Shown here: positions 17,641 through 29,438 of the stretch, piece after piece
Numbering within the stretch: the first letter of the stretch is position 1
Layout: every line of letters begins with the position of its first letter
NCBI GenBank assembly: GCA_963830365.1
Contig: CAWHMU010000042.1
Span: forward strand, 1 to 64,000
Direction: 5' to 3'
Origin: an uncultured Chlamydiae bacterium
Lineage (GTDB): Bacteria; Chlamydiota; Chlamydiia; Chlamydiales; Parachlamydiaceae
DNA: 64,000 nt
Program-made: the position numbers and the translations under genes
The notes under the pieces: generated by a model
Told to the model about the DNA's origin: nothing
Databases searched by the model: none
What the model saw: only the letters and a program-made list of their open reading frames with translations

Positions 17641-17849
17641 GGCTCATCGCGCAAATGAGTACCCATGAGGTTTTCCCGACCTTCTCTGTGACTCTGTGCC
17701 TCTGTGGTGAAATCTGCTTGCTGGATGTATAGTATTATCAATCGGAGTGTTACGGAAAGCTTCACCACCGAGACACAGAGGCACAGAGAAGAAAAATGGA
17801 GGTTGCTCTTAGGGTTTTGTTAATTAGGTACTCATTTGCGTGATGAACC
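17641..17849. mobile_element. Family-E MITE nested in family F
   Basis: GGCTCATCGCGCAAATGAGTACC...GGTACTCATTTGCGTGATGAACC, perfect 8-bp TSD TCATAATC, CACAGAGGCACAGAG hairpin. Confidence 0.92.
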
Positions 17850-17908
17850 TCATAATCGGCCATTGGTTTAATTTCGTCCGAAAAGGAAAAAAGAAGAACC
17901 CCTTCCGA

Positions 17909-18083
17909 GGCAATTGCATAAGTGACAATAAATTGTTCTAAATTGAAGTTATTGTGAATTCTTGAAGTAAAGCTCGAGTTTTTGTGTAGTTTTGAGCGTT
18001 CTAGCATCGATTCATTTTGATCCCGGGTACGATTGACTTCCAAAGAATCGCTGTATAACTCGTGAAATACTTTTGCAATTGTC
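17909..18083. mobile_element. Family-G MITE (short form) nested in family F
   Basis: GGCAATTGCATAAGT...ACTTTTGCAATTGTC, degenerate TSD CCTTCCGA/TCTTCCGG; homologous to 24680-25267. Confidence 0.8.
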
Positions 18084-18536
18084 TCTTCCGGGGTTTATAT
18101 GAGGACATTCTTGTTCCCATACCTGCGGCTCCGCTGCCGCTCCACCTTGGTATGGGCTACAGAATGAGAGAAAAAAGGGCAAAAAAGATAGCATCCACGC
18201 CCTCTTTTTTGCCCTTTTTCTCTCATTCTGTAGCCCGTAGCCAAGGCTTGCGAGCAGCAGCGAAGACGAGCCACAGCTACGGGAAACGCAATGTATATGA
18301 AGTTAACCCCGGATGGGGTTCCTCTTTTTCATTTTTCGGACAAAATTAAACCAATGGCCGATAACGAGTCCTACAAAACCGGATGAGCCAAGATGTTTAA
18401 GCGTAAAATCTCCAAATGCCAAGCCTGACCCCTTTTTCTTCTCTTTTTTCAACCATCAATTACCAAGGCTTTTTAAGAAGTTATCTCGGTCAACCACTCG
18501 CTTTTGTGATGAGCAGTCAGGTCTTTCCACTGTTGT

Positions 18537-19346
18537 TTACATGGCGTGATAAGAAAAAAATGTCATGTGGATAAGGTTAAAAAGGAAATGACAGAGAATG
18601 GCACTTTCAATCTTTGCTGAAAATAAGTAGACACTTCCATAAAGCAGACCTGTAAGGAAAGTAAAGGCTAAGATTCCTAAGTTTGAACTCCAATAGATAT
18701 GGCTGGCAGAGAACAATAGCGAGGTGAGAATCAGCGCGAGTACATTTCCCATCCTAATTTTTTTGAAGTAGTTGCAAAGAATTTTCTGAATAAAACCGCG
18801 ATAAAAGCCTTCTTCAGGAATAGAGGTCAAAATCAGATTGCTTAGCACCCGCGTGCCCATGTAAGAAGGCTGTTTATAGTCCCACTGCGTCGCTCCACTT
18901 AGCGTGGCAAGCACGGCTAATAAGGCGATGCCAGCGCAGCCAACAATTAAACCTTTTATCACAGCCTTCCAGTCTTGACAATCTTCGGCAAGAGGCACCA
19001 AAAGAGCCAGCGGAAATAGTCCGATTAGAGGGTTTTCCAGTCCAATCGCAAATTTGGGCGTGATAAAAAAGGGGGAGTATCCAGGTAAAAGTCGTAACTT
19101 GAAGCTAATGCCCAGGCAGACAAGTGCCATAAAGATTGCCACACTCGGTCTTCGATGGTAAAAAAACCATAGCAGTGCAAGACTGATAATGAAAGCTAAA
19201 CCTGTCCAGGTAATATTACCGGCAACCATTCCCGACAGGATACAGAAGCAGATAAGCGATCCCCAAATTTTAGGCTCACGTTTAAGCCATAAACTTAAAA
19301 AGGAACCGCCTAAAAATATAAATGCAAGAAGCGTCATGAGTGGCAC
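18537..19346 (-). CDS. CPBP/CAAX (Abi) family intramembrane metalloprotease
   Basis: Multiple TM helices; PEEGFYRG, FSASH, HFLFN. Confidence 0.9.
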   Translation of the reverse strand: MPLMTLLAFIFLGGSFLSLWLKREPKIWGSLICFCILSGMVAGNITWTGLAFIISLALLWFFYHRRPSVAIFMALVCLGISFKLRLLPGYSPFFITPKFAIGLENPLIGLFPLALLVPLAEDCQDWKAVIKGLIVGCAGIALLAVLATLSGATQWDYKQPSYMGTRVLSNLILTSIPEEGFYRGFIQKILCNYFKKIRMGNVLALILTSLLFSASHIYWSSNLGILAFTFLTGLLYGSVYLFSAKIESAILCHFLFNLIHMTFFSYHAM

Positions 19347-19644
19347 GAGTTCATTCCTAAGAGAAAAAAATCTTTGAAGAGCATCCTATGGGCTACATAC
19401 CAGCTCCCATAAAGGTCTTTGATCATCTTTGAAGGACTCTTTCTTTTTGTGAAAGCAAGGCCCCTGTGGAATATGCGCCGGGAGAAACAACTCTCCCGGC
19501 TTTTCTTTGAAGAGGTCACGCTAAATATTTTGCAGCCTATCACAACCTCTATCAAAGGGATATTCACCCCAACCTGACCGAAGCTTTGGTTGGCCTTGTC
19601 GCTAGCACCGGCGCAACTGAATTCAACCAGCAGTGAAGCCGAGC

Positions 19645-20745
19645 TTAGAAATCGATCCTGACAGAGGCTGTTAGGCCATGGATATAAAGGTTTCCATTGG
19701 GCAACGTGCTTTTGCCGACAGCTTGCGTGCTTGAGATGCTTCGGAACATGTTCTGATCATAAAATGCCTGGAAGTTGTAATCCGCCGAGAGATCGATGTG
19801 GTAGCCGTCATTTCCGCAAAATGTACTCCAGCCAAAGCCAAGATCGATTTGAAGATGCGTTCTCAGGTAGTCTGCATTCTTTTGTTTTACGATATATTGG
19901 CTTGGAAATGCGATAGCCGAGTATTGGTGGCTTTTCAACTTGTATTGCGTGTATAGAAGGTCCACCTCTTCTTCAGCATATAGCCTAAACCCATCGCCGA
20001 GATTGTATTCGCTATAAAGACCCACCCTAGGCCCAACACCCCATGAATGTGACTGCTGATGGGTAAACGTAGAAGGCCAAATAGCGAGGTAGTCCTCGGT
20101 AAAGTTGAGATATTCCACATGGATGCTTTGATCGATGAATGCCCCTCGCAAACCCACGAAAGGGCGCAGGCTAAGCTGTTCGCAAATAGCATATCTTTTC
20201 GAAATATCCCAATCGATCAGGTTCATCTTTAAGGTCCATTTTTCTGCACCGTACTTGTACTGGGGATTAAGGAAGTCGGGAATTTGGCGCGCGGGTAGCA
20301 AATTGATGGCCGCATTATTGATATCCAGGTTTTTTTTCACGCTCTCTTTTGCCTCGAACCAGGTGTATTCGATATAAGACCCCCACTGGCCGCAGGCGTC
20401 ATCCATTCCAATGCCTAATTGGAATCCTGGCTGATATTTCCAATTCACGCCCACTTCCTTGCCATTGACAAGATCGGTGGTGCCGCTGGAGTCGGAAATG
20501 ACGCCCAGATTCATATTTTCCTGGATGGGCTGCCAATAAATGAAACTGCCTGTGGCGTAAAAATCAAAAGGACTTGCCATATCCATACAACAAGGAGCAT
20601 CTGCATAGCAAAGAGCCGCTGTATCCCTATTCATCATACATTGGTCGTAAGGTGCAGTTTGTACCTCCATTACAGAGAACAGCGGTGCTGCAAAAAGAGA
20701 AAGTATTAGGCTTGTTTTTGTAAGTAGTGAGGAATTCATCGTCAT
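19645..20745 (-). CDS. Lpg1974/MOMP-like outer-membrane beta-barrel
   Basis: Signal peptide, FIYWQP, PGFQLGIG, RPFVGLRG, WGVGPRVG, C-terminal HGLTASVRIDF. Confidence 0.85.
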   Translation of the reverse strand: MTMNSSLLTKTSLILSLFAAPLFSVMEVQTAPYDQCMMNRDTAALCYADAPCCMDMASPFDFYATGSFIYWQPIQENMNLGVISDSSGTTDLVNGKEVGVNWKYQPGFQLGIGMDDACGQWGSYIEYTWFEAKESVKKNLDINNAAINLLPARQIPDFLNPQYKYGAEKWTLKMNLIDWDISKRYAICEQLSLRPFVGLRGAFIDQSIHVEYLNFTEDYLAIWPSTFTHQQSHSWGVGPRVGLYSEYNLGDGFRLYAEEEVDLLYTQYKLKSHQYSAIAFPSQYIVKQKNADYLRTHLQIDLGFGWSTFCGNDGYHIDLSADYNFQAFYDQNMFRSISSTQAVGKSTLPNGNLYIHGLTASVRIDF

Positions 20746-20755
20746 TTCCTTGTTT

Positions 20756-22681
20756 TTACGGATTTGTTACTCCAGGGCTTGACCCTATAATTACTGTGGT
20801 GTTTGTTCCGGTTGTGGTAATAACGCCCTGTCCTGGAAGTATCGGGTGGAATAGTTTGGCCGCCGGGGCGATCTGGGTGATAAAGGCTTGACCGTTATAA
20901 ACCCCTTCAAGGTAGGTTACTTTTAAGAAAAAGGCGTTTCCGGCTGCTGTAGCAGGAATGGATCCAAAGGGGCCGCCTGCTGAGGTTCCAAATTCCACTG
21001 TCACGTGCTGGGGGAGTCCAACCGTAACATCATATACTGTTGTATCCGAGTATGGGTTCGGCAGGACCACTCCCGTCGAACAATCATTCAAATTCACGGT
21101 AATTGACGCGGCAGAATTATCGGTGGCAGGGTTGACAATCACAACCGTGCCATCTGTCCCTAAAAAATCGGAATAGGCTGAGGTGTAAAAAAGGTTGGGC
21201 GAGCCGATTGTCAGCAAGGACCTGGAATAGAAATCATACCAAGGGGTGTTGTCGACGCATGCGCAGCCTGCCAGCTCCTGGGCAAGCAGAGAGTTGTTTT
21301 TGAAATATTCTGATGAATTGGCCTGAACGAAGTTGCTGTCAATGGTGATAGGCTGGGGAAGCTGGCAATTAATGGGAAGGAACCCTGCAATTATCGAGGT
21401 GGCAAAGACTTTGAAAACCTGAGCCTGGGTCGCTGCCGACGTGCTACTGACGATAGCCGGTTGATAGTCAGAGACGGCGCCGGTAAAGAAAGCCTTGGAG
21501 CTTGTCGGGTAGGGGAAAACAAGCGTTTTTCCGGCATCAGTGCCGCCCGAAATGACGAAACTGAAGTTGTTGTCGTTAGTCTCATAGCCTGTCGCTATGG
21601 CCGTGCCGGATTCAGTTGTCGCATCGAGGATCAGGTAGGGGACAGTCTTCCGATTTTGATAATAGGACTGCTCGCCAGATTGGGTCTGCCCGCTCCAGAC
21701 AGCATTAAACCACGTGCAGGTGCTTGGGGAAGAAACAGAGCTTAAAAAATAGTTTGTAGGGAAAGAGACTGGGCTTGGATTGGTTTGCGCTTGGGTGCTC
21801 CCCATGGCAGTAGCAGGGGAGAAAATCCGCAGGTTGCAAAGATCGCCCCCGCCAGAGGCCGGGTTGGTGTAGTTGGCGATTAAGCCGCTCCAGTATTGAT
21901 TGAAAGGCTGAGGCAGGGAGTTGAGTTGAGTTGCATACTGGCTGAATACATTGGAAAAGCTGACGGTTGCGGGCATGCCTGTGACAGCACAGGCATCAGT
22001 GAAAGCCGATCCGTAAAAAAACTTATAGCTAGCTTGGACTAACAGAGGGAGTCCAAAGAAATCAACCCCTGTCAAGTTCAGATTCATGCGGTTGAGCGCA
22101 TTGCTTCCCAGGTCGAATTCTATCTTATCGTTTAAGATATAGTAGTTATCGTTCGTAGCGTCAAACTCTGCAGGGAACTGGAGAATGCCAAGATTATTAA
22201 TGAAATAGGTGAGGGGCTGGCCTAAGGAAATCAAAATCCTGGAGGAAAGCATCGCGTTGCTGTTCGGATTGCCATTATTTCCATCATTGGGAATGTAAAA
22301 GGTATAGGTGTCGGATCCGAGGAGTTCAAAAAAACTGAGCGGATAGGAGTATTGGGGAGAGGATATGTACGTTGAGGGGGTGAAATTTGCGATCACGGCG
22401 AGCTTATGGGGTAAGCCGCTGAAGGACAGGTATTGCGTGCTCGAGTTGATCAACACGGCGATGTAGATATCGGAAGCTGATAGTCCGCTGTTATTGACAA
22501 AAGTAAAGGGTAGATAGCCCTGTACTGGCGTTGGCACGGGTGTTGGGCACGTCTGCACAGGAGGGGGAACGACCGCAGGCACTGGCAACTGAGGCAAGGG
22601 TGGAATCGGAGGCGGACAGGCAGCGCTAAGGGCAAAAGCACATATTACCTGCATACATGTAAGGAAAGCTATCTTACGCAT
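20756..22681 (-). CDS. Secreted GH64/thaumatin-like beta-1,3-glucanase-like protein with Pro-rich linker
   Basis: Signal peptide, Pro-rich tract, FVNNSG, SSRILIS, DKIEF..NLTGVDFFGLP, LRIFSP, YTSAYSD. Confidence 0.65.
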   Translation of the reverse strand: MRKIAFLTCMQVICAFALSAACPPPIPPLPQLPVPAVVPPPVQTCPTPVPTPVQGYLPFTFVNNSGLSASDIYIAVLINSSTQYLSFSGLPHKLAVIANFTPSTYISSPQYSYPLSFFELLGSDTYTFYIPNDGNNGNPNSNAMLSSRILISLGQPLTYFINNLGILQFPAEFDATNDNYYILNDKIEFDLGSNALNRMNLNLTGVDFFGLPLLVQASYKFFYGSAFTDACAVTGMPATVSFSNVFSQYATQLNSLPQPFNQYWSGLIANYTNPASGGGDLCNLRIFSPATAMGSTQAQTNPSPVSFPTNYFLSSVSSPSTCTWFNAVWSGQTQSGEQSYYQNRKTVPYLILDATTESGTAIATGYETNDNNFSFVISGGTDAGKTLVFPYPTSSKAFFTGAVSDYQPAIVSSTSAATQAQVFKVFATSIIAGFLPINCQLPQPITIDSNFVQANSSEYFKNNSLLAQELAGCACVDNTPWYDFYSRSLLTIGSPNLFYTSAYSDFLGTDGTVVIVNPATDNSAASITVNLNDCSTGVVLPNPYSDTTVYDVTVGLPQHVTVEFGTSAGGPFGSIPATAAGNAFFLKVTYLEGVYNGQAFITQIAPAAKLFHPILPGQGVITTTGTNTTVIIGSSPGVTNP

Positions 22682-22911
22682 TTTAGTCCTTCAAAAGGGA
22701 TCCAGAGTGTTTCTTAAAAATGGCATCTATGGTCTACTTTTAGGCTAAGGAACCATGGTGAGTACTTGTATATAATATTTTTTATATCATACATAGAAAA
22801 AAATTATTGGCAAGATATACAAAGTTGCTTAATTCCTGGTCAGCAGATCAATTTATTGGCATCAGGCAGGTTAGGCCGAGTTGGGTTTATTTGTGCCGGT
22901 CGGCTAAAAGA

Positions 22912-23150
22912 GGGTCATCACACAAATGAGTGGTTGACAGAGCTAACATCTCAAAAACGCATAATGTAGGCTTTGGCTGAACGGATTGGGGTCAGGCTTG
23001 CGATTTGCGATTTGAAAGGAGTCGGGCTTTCTAATGCATTTAGGACTTTCAAATCACAAATCACAAGCCTGACCCCAATCCTCAAAGTCCTTTTACGTCA
23101 TGAGTTCTTGAGCGGACATCTCTGTCAACCACTCGTTTGTGTGATGAACC
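22912..23150 (+). mobile_element. Family-D MITE
   Basis: 239 bp, GGGTCATCACACAAA...TTTGTGTGATGAACC, perfect 8-bp TSD CTAAAAGA. Confidence 0.93.
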
Positions 23151-23316
23151 CTAAAAGATTCACAAGCATCCTTCGTCGACTGCCGAAGATACAGATTCAA
23201 TCATGCCAAGTGGGGCTTAAGCGCAGGTTTTTGAAATGTTAAGAAATATTATACTTTGACATTTCGGGGCATTTGAAGCATAAAGTACGCTTTTGAAAAA
23301 ACACGTCGAGGAGAAC

Positions 23317-23961
23317 ATGTCAAAATTAGCATATACCCTCTTGGCATTTTGCGGAGTAATTCTTTGCGGATTTCCGGCCTTGGAATGCGTTGAAGCCGAG
23401 CTACCGGAGCCTTATTGCTCAATAAACATCTTGCCATTTGATGAGCATGGCTGGTTCAACAACCACCAGCAGCTAAAGCAATGCATCCAGGAAAAACCTA
23501 TTTACACTGTCATTGAAGTAGGTTCATGGCTAGGATCCTCCACGCGCTTCATTGCCAAACAGCTACCTCCCGGTGCAAGGCTTTATGCCATCGACACATG
23601 GAAGGGGTCGCCTGAAGAAAATGTGCATATGCAGGATCCGCGCCTGCCGACACTTTTCCAATCTTTCCTATCAAACGTCATGCATGAGAGCCTGGAGCAG
23701 ATCATTATTCCACTCCGCATGGACTCTGTAGAGGCTGCCAACGCCATGAATGTAAAAGCCGATTTAATATATCTCGACGCCTCGCATGATGCCGCAAGTG
23801 TTTACCGGGATATCATGGCTTGGTACCCGCATCTAAAAGAGGGCGGCACATTCTGCGGTGATGATTGGATTTGGTACTCGGTTAGGGAGGGCGCATGGCG
23901 CGCTGCGGCAGAGCTAAATCTGAATATCGTCAATAACGAAAGCTTCTGGCGCTTTGAATAG
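23317..23961 (+). CDS. Class I SAM-dependent methyltransferase (Methyltransf_24-like)
   Basis: IEVGSWLGSS, AIDTW, DLIYLDASH, LKEGG..GDD; GAGGAG RBS before ATG 23317. Confidence 0.88.
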   Translation: MSKLAYTLLAFCGVILCGFPALECVEAELPEPYCSINILPFDEHGWFNNHQQLKQCIQEKPIYTVIEVGSWLGSSTRFIAKQLPPGARLYAIDTWKGSPEENVHMQDPRLPTLFQSFLSNVMHESLEQIIIPLRMDSVEAANAMNVKADLIYLDASHDAASVYRDIMAWYPHLKEGGTFCGDDWIWYSVREGAWRAAAELNLNIVNNESFWRFE

Positions 23962-24166
23962 GACCCCGCCATAAAGCCTAACGGCGGGGCTTGGGCCCTG
24001 CCGTTGAAAGTGAAGGGAGCTGGCCCCCTTCATCCACATAAGCATGGCTATCTTTGCAAAAAAAATCATCAACGTGCCAAGAGAGATTCTGTTTCGTTAA
24101 CAGTGTTGACTGTTTTGCAGTTCGGCAGGCAGACATCGTTTAAAGATCCGGTTTTTGCAATCCCTT

Positions 24167-24476
24167 AAATGAGTACCTGCCCGAGATGATTCGTCAAAAA
24201 GACTTAGTAATTGTGGTTGAAAAAAGAGAAGTCATAATTTATTGGTAAGGTTCTCTTTAAAACACATCGGCGTTCTAACACAGCAGGTCTAGTTAGCTTC
24301 CGCCTCTATCGGGGCTTTAAAATGTTCGCATGGTTTGTGCCCTGTCGCTTTTATGGCAGTACTAGCTCAACTGCTGCCTTCACAGGATCGAACGTGCAAT
24401 TTTCCATTTTGTATGATTTTTTTAAACATCCTCCATTAGTTTACCTATGGCGAGGTACTCATTTGCGTGATGAGCC
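24167..24476 (+). mobile_element. Family-A-related short MITE lacking the central hairpin cassette (left end eroded)
   Basis: Colinear with both arms of 24527-25666 but joined directly; right terminus GGTACTCATTTGCGTGATGAGCC. Confidence 0.8.
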
Positions 24477-24526
24477 GAAATTTGAAAAGTGGTGGAAATT
24501 GCAACGAAAATTCCGCGCATAATTTT

Positions 24527-25666
24527 GGTTCATCGCACAATCGCGTACCTATCTGAGAGGATTCGTTAAAAAGACTTAATAATGGCTGGTTGGAAAACGA
24601 GAATTAACAATATATTTGTGTGGTTCTCTTTGAAACAAATCGACATTCTAGCACAGAAGATCTAGTTAGCCTCGATAGAGGCAATTGCATAAGTGTTTTG
24701 TGTGTTATACAGCGATTCTTTGGAAGCCAATCATATCCGGGATCGAAAAGAATCTATCCTAGAACACTCAAAATACTCAAAAATCGGCATGGTTTAAAAA
24801 AAGAGAAATGTCGGTTACACTAACGAAAAAACAAGATTGTAGAATGGCCAAGAAACATCTTTTTTGCCCTTTTTCTCTCATTATGTAGCCCACACCAAGG
24901 CGGAGGAACGAAGCCGCAGGTGTGGGTATAATGAGAATTATAAACTAACCAGGGACTGGTTCTTCTTTTTTTTGCCCTTGATTCAAAAGGCTTTAAGTTT
25001 AATCTCGACCAAAGATAAAAAGAAGAACCAGTCCCTGGTTAATCACTTACAATTTTTTCCCACACCTGCGGCTCCGTTCCTCCGCCTTGGTGTGGGCTAC
25101 ATAATGAGAGAAAAAGGGCAAAAAAGATGTTTCCTGGCATCCTACCATCATCTTAAATTTTTTGAGTATTACCTGCTTTTGAACCTTTCCCAAAAATCCG
25201 TGTTTTTTTAGGAAAAAGGCAATAAATTTATGTTATAAACAAATTTATTGTCACTTATGCAATTGTCACGATAGAGGCGGAAGCATGTAGCCATAGGTGT
25301 CAACCTATGGAATGAAATGTAGCAAAAAGTGAGCCGTGAATACGGCGACAGCAACTTCGAGGGAGGTTGAATTAAATGCGATTATTCTACCATATAATAT
25401 CCTTTAGTCATTGCTGTCGCCGTATTCACGGCTTTGTTTCTAAACATGTGATGACCACACGCTGACGCATGTGGCTACATGCTTCGGCCTCTATCGAGGC
25501 TTTAAAAATGTTCTCATGGCTTGCGCCCTGTCGCTTATATGGCAGTACTGGCTCAACTCCTAACTTCACAGGAGCGAACATGCAATTTGCGGATTTTTAT
25601 GATGCATTATTTGCCACGACCTCGATTAATTTACATAAGGCGAGGTACGCGATTGTGCGATGAACC
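24527..25666 (+). mobile_element. Family-A MITE with nested family-G insertion
   Basis: Perfect 24-bp TIR GGTTCATCGCACAATCGCGTACCT, perfect 8-bp TSD ATAATTTT. Confidence 0.93.
24680..25267. mobile_element. Family-G MITE (long form) carrying a ~290-bp GTAG-hairpin palindrome
   Basis: GGCAATTGCATAAGTG...CACTTATGCAATTGTC, TSD TCGATAGA/ACGATAGA; the same site is empty in the copies at 1300-1507 and 38698. Confidence 0.88.
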
Positions 25667-25800
25667 ATAATTTTTACAATTCCCGTTGATGTTTTGCTTC
25701 TTAGTGGCCGCCTTTTTCTGTATTAAATTGATGATAATTATTTTAACTGACATGCTTGGGTTGATGCATGTCTCGTACACGCCTCCATTTTGATTGCTGA

Positions 25801-27027
25801 ATGATGAAGGAGTCTCCTGTGAAATCGGCTAATCCACGTATTCTGACGCTCAATGGCGGTTCGTCGAGCATCAAATTCGCCCTGTTCGATGTCGGTAAAT
25901 CGCTTCAACGGGTGGTTGAAGGGGGGATTGAACGGATTGGGCTGCCGGATGCCACTTTGCATGTGAAAGGCTTGAACCCGCCGGATAATTTTTCGCGGTT
26001 AGTGCCGGCACCCGATCATAGGGCCGCGGTGGACGCTTTAGCGGATTGGATTGAAGAACGGATTGGTCGTGAGGCAATAATCGCGGTGGGACATCGCATA
26101 GTGCATGGCGGGCCTAAGTATAGCCAGCCGCAGCGGATCACTGCGAAAATGATTGAAGATCTGCGCATGTTCAGTTCATTCGATCCCGAGCATATGCCCG
26201 AGGAGATCCTGTTGATAGAGGCGTTTCAGCGCCGCTTTCCAAAATTGATCCAAGTGGCCTGTTTCGATACGGCTTTTCACCATGATCTGCCACGTGTGGC
26301 TAAGATGCTGCCGATTCCACGCCATTATGAAGCGCAGGGCGTACGGCGGTACGGGTTTCATGGTTTGTCGTATGAATTTCTAATGGGAGAATTAACCCGT
26401 CTGGCCGGACCAAAAGCTGCACAAGGGCGCATCATCCTGGCGCATCTTGGCAGTGGCGCTAGCCTGGCGGCGGTACATCATGGCAAATCCATGGATACAA
26501 GCATGAGTTTCACACCCACCGCCGGGGTGCCCATGAGCACTCGCTCAGGCGATCTTGATCCCGGGCTGGTGTGGTATCTGTCCCGCAGCGAAGGGCTCGA
26601 TGCAAAACGATTCAATGAGATGGTCAATTTCAAGTCCGGTCTGCTCGGTATATCTGAGACCAGTTCCGATATGCAGGACTTGCTTAAGTATGAAATAAAG
26701 GACGTGCGGGCGGCTGAAGCTGTCGCGCTGTTTTGCTACCAGGTTAAAAAATGGGTCGGTGCATTTGCGGCCGCGTTGGGGGGCCTTGACACGTTGGTGT
26801 TTGCCGGCGGCATCGGTGAAAATGCGTCCACCGTCCGTGCCAGGATTTGCGAGGGGCTTGGATTCCTTGGGATCGAACTCGCAGACAAGCCAAATATGGC
26901 CAATGCGGGCGTGATTTCAGCGCCAACCAGCCGGGTTGCAGTCCGTGTCATGCGTACGGATGAAGAGTGGATGATAGCCAAGACGCTTTGCCGTGTGCTC
27001 GAACTCAACCAAAATAAGGAACCATGA
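25801..27027 (+). CDS. ackA: Acetate/propionate kinase
   Basis: [46 protein letters not shown]. Confidence 0.95.
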   Translation: MMKESPVKSANPRILTLNGGSSSIKFALFDVGKSLQRVVEGGIERIGLPDATLHVKGLNPPDNFSRLVPAPDHRAAVDALADWIEERIGREAIIAVGHRIVHGGPKYSQPQRITAKMIEDLRMFSSFDPEHMPEEILLIEAFQRRFPKLIQVACFDTAFHHDLPRVAKMLPIPRHYEAQGVRRYGFHGLSYEFLMGELTRLAGPKAAQGRIILAHLGSGASLAAVHHGKSMDTSMSFTPTAGVPMSTRSGDLDPGLVWYLSRSEGLDAKRFNEMVNFKSGLLGISETSSDMQDLLKYEIKDVRAAEAVALFCYQVKKWVGAFAAALGGLDTLVFAGGIGENASTVRARICEGLGFLGIELADKPNMANAGVISAPTSRVAVRVMRTDEEWMIAKTLCRVLELNQNKEP

Positions 27028-29411
27028 AGACAAAAACTCTTTCCCTAGAACTGCTTCAAAAGATGAATGCTTACTGGCGGGCTGCTAACTATTTGTCCGT
27101 CGGTCAGATTTACCTCTATGATAACCCTCTGCTTAAGCGGCCGCTGTTATTATCCGACGTTAAGCCATTGCTGGTCGGACACTGGGGGACGACGCCCGGC
27201 CAGAACTTCATCTATGTGCATTTGAACCGGGTTATTAAGAAGTATGACCTGGATATGTTCTACATCGCCGGTCCCGGCCACGGAGGGCCGGCCCTGGTGG
27301 CCAATACTTATCTGGAAGGGTCTTATAGTGAGATTTATCAGGACATCAGCCAAGACGAGACCGGCTTGAAAAAGTTGTTCAAGCAGTTTTCGTTTCCAGG
27401 CGGGATTTCCAGCCATGTGGGGCCGACGACGCCAGGATCGATTCACGAGGGAGGCGAGCTTGGTTATTCACTCAGCCATGCCTTCGGGGCGGCTTTCGAC
27501 AATCCAGATCTTATTGTCGCCTGTGTCGTCGGCGACGGTGAAGCTGAAACGGGCCCTTTGGCCACCGCATGGCATTCAAATAAATTTCTGGACCCTATTA
27601 CGGATGGAGCCGTGCTGCCGATCCTGCATCTCAATGGCTATAAGATTAGCAATCCGACGGTCCTGGCACGTATCGAGCATGAGGAGTTGGAGCAATTCTT
27701 TCGAGGCTGCGGCTGGACGCCCTATTTTGTGGAAGGTGATGAACCGGAAGAGATGCATCAACTCATGGCCACAGCATTGGAAATGGCTGTCGAGGACATT
27801 CGGCGCATGCAAAAGAACGCGAGAGACAACAATGACGCCACCCGGCCGCGCTGGCCGATGATCGTTCTCAAGTCCCCCAAGGGATGGACAGGGCCGCAAG
27901 TCGTCGATGGCTTGCAGGTTGAAGGCACTTTTCGCGCCCATCAAGTGCCGTTGCTGATGAATGCCGAACATCCGGAGCACCTTAAGCAGCTTGAAAGCTG
28001 GCTGAAAAGCTACAAACCAGAAGAGCTATTCGATGATAATGGGCGTCTAATAGCTGAACTGGCTGAGCTAGCGCCACAAGGGGATCGACGGATGGGCGCC
28101 AACCCCCACACCAACGGCGGCAGCCTGCTCCGTGATCTGCAAATGCCAGACTTCCACGTCCACGCTGTGAATGTACCTTCGCCAGGGGCTGTTGATGGGC
28201 ATGATACGCACGTTTTAGGTCAGTTCCTGCGCGATGTGGTTAAGCTGAATCAAGATCAGCGTAATTTCCGCGTCTTTGGTCCCGATGAAACACTGTCGAA
28301 TCGCTTGGGTGCTGTTTTTGAAGTTACCGATCGTCAGTGGGACGCCCGAGAAGAAAAGAATGATGAATTTCTCGCGCCCGCCGGGCGTGTCTTGGACTCC
28401 ATGCTCAGTGAGCATCAGTGTGAGGGGTGGTTGGAAGGATATCTATTGACGGGGCGGCACGGCTTGTTCAACTGCTATGAGGCGTTCATTCACATTGTTG
28501 ATTCGATGTTCAACCAGCACGCCAAATGGTTGAAGGTAACGGCACAACTGCCCTGGCGCAGGAAGATCGCCTCGTTGAATTATCTTTTAGCCTCTCATGT
28601 CTGGCAGCAGGATCACAATGGCTTCACGCACCAGGATCCCGGTTTTCTCGACCTCGTGGTGAACAAGAAGGCTGATATCGTGCGCGTATACCTGCCGCCG
28701 GATGCCAATTGCCTGCTGTCTGTCTTCGACCATTGCTTGCGCAGCCGCCATTACGTCAATGTCGTCGTGGCCGGCAAACACGCTCTTCCGCAATGGCTGA
28801 CCATGGAGGCTGCTGTGGTGCATTGTACGGAAGGCATTGGCATTTGGAAGTGGGCTAGCAACGACCAGGAACAAGAGCCTGATGTGGTGATGGCCTGCTG
28901 CGGCGATACGCCCACGCTTGAGGTTTTGGCAGCCGTCTCCATCCTGCGTCAGCACCTCCCCGAGCTAAAAATCAGGGTGGTCAATATCGTCGATCTGATG
29001 AAGCTGCAGTCTAAATCGGAACACCCGCATGGCTTAAGCGATGCTGATTACGATTCGCTATTTACCAAAGATAAGCAAATCATTTTTGCCTTCCATGGAT
29101 ACCCGTGGCTAATCCACCGGCTGACCTACCGTCGGGCAAACCTCAACCTACACGTGCGCGGCTATAAGGAAGAGGGCAGCGTCACCACAGCTTTCGATAT
29201 TCGTGTCCAGAATGACATTGACAGGTTCCACCTGGTGCAAGACGTGGTCGATCGCCTCCCTGGGCTGGGCACCAAAGGGGCATATCTAAAACAAATGATG
29301 CAGGATAAGCTGATCGAGCACAAACTTTACATTGAAAAACATGGTCATGACATGCCCGAAATAAGAAACTGGAAGTGGGGCCACCACAATAGTGAAGGTC
29401 AAGCCCAATAA
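27024..29411 (+). CDS. xfp: Xylulose-5-P/fructose-6-P phosphoketolase
   Basis: [48 protein letters not shown]. Confidence 0.97.
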   Translation: MKTKTLSLELLQKMNAYWRAANYLSVGQIYLYDNPLLKRPLLLSDVKPLLVGHWGTTPGQNFIYVHLNRVIKKYDLDMFYIAGPGHGGPALVANTYLEGSYSEIYQDISQDETGLKKLFKQFSFPGGISSHVGPTTPGSIHEGGELGYSLSHAFGAAFDNPDLIVACVVGDGEAETGPLATAWHSNKFLDPITDGAVLPILHLNGYKISNPTVLARIEHEELEQFFRGCGWTPYFVEGDEPEEMHQLMATALEMAVEDIRRMQKNARDNNDATRPRWPMIVLKSPKGWTGPQVVDGLQVEGTFRAHQVPLLMNAEHPEHLKQLESWLKSYKPEELFDDNGRLIAELAELAPQGDRRMGANPHTNGGSLLRDLQMPDFHVHAVNVPSPGAVDGHDTHVLGQFLRDVVKLNQDQRNFRVFGPDETLSNRLGAVFEVTDRQWDAREEKNDEFLAPAGRVLDSMLSEHQCEGWLEGYLLTGRHGLFNCYEAFIHIVDSMFNQHAKWLKVTAQLPWRRKIASLNYLLASHVWQQDHNGFTHQDPGFLDLVVNKKADIVRVYLPPDANCLLSVFDHCLRSRHYVNVVVAGKHALPQWLTMEAAVVHCTEGIGIWKWASNDQEQEPDVVMACCGDTPTLEVLAAVSILRQHLPELKIRVVNIVDLMKLQSKSEHPHGLSDADYDSLFTKDKQIIFAFHGYPWLIHRLTYRRANLNLHVRGYKEEGSVTTAFDIRVQNDIDRFHLVQDVVDRLPGLGTKGAYLKQMMQDKLIEHKLYIEKHGHDMPEIRNWKWGHHNSEGQAQ

Positions 29412-29438
29412 AAACCTGGGAGTAGAAAGGCTTGCAAC

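Larger units (their letters stand above)
17611..18389. mobile_element. Family-F palindromic MITE with ISL3-identical ends, hosting two insertions
   Basis: GGTTCATCCGGTTTTGTAGGACTC...GAGTCCTACAAAACCGGATGAGCC; TSD AAAATGTT/AAGATGTT. Confidence 0.9.
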
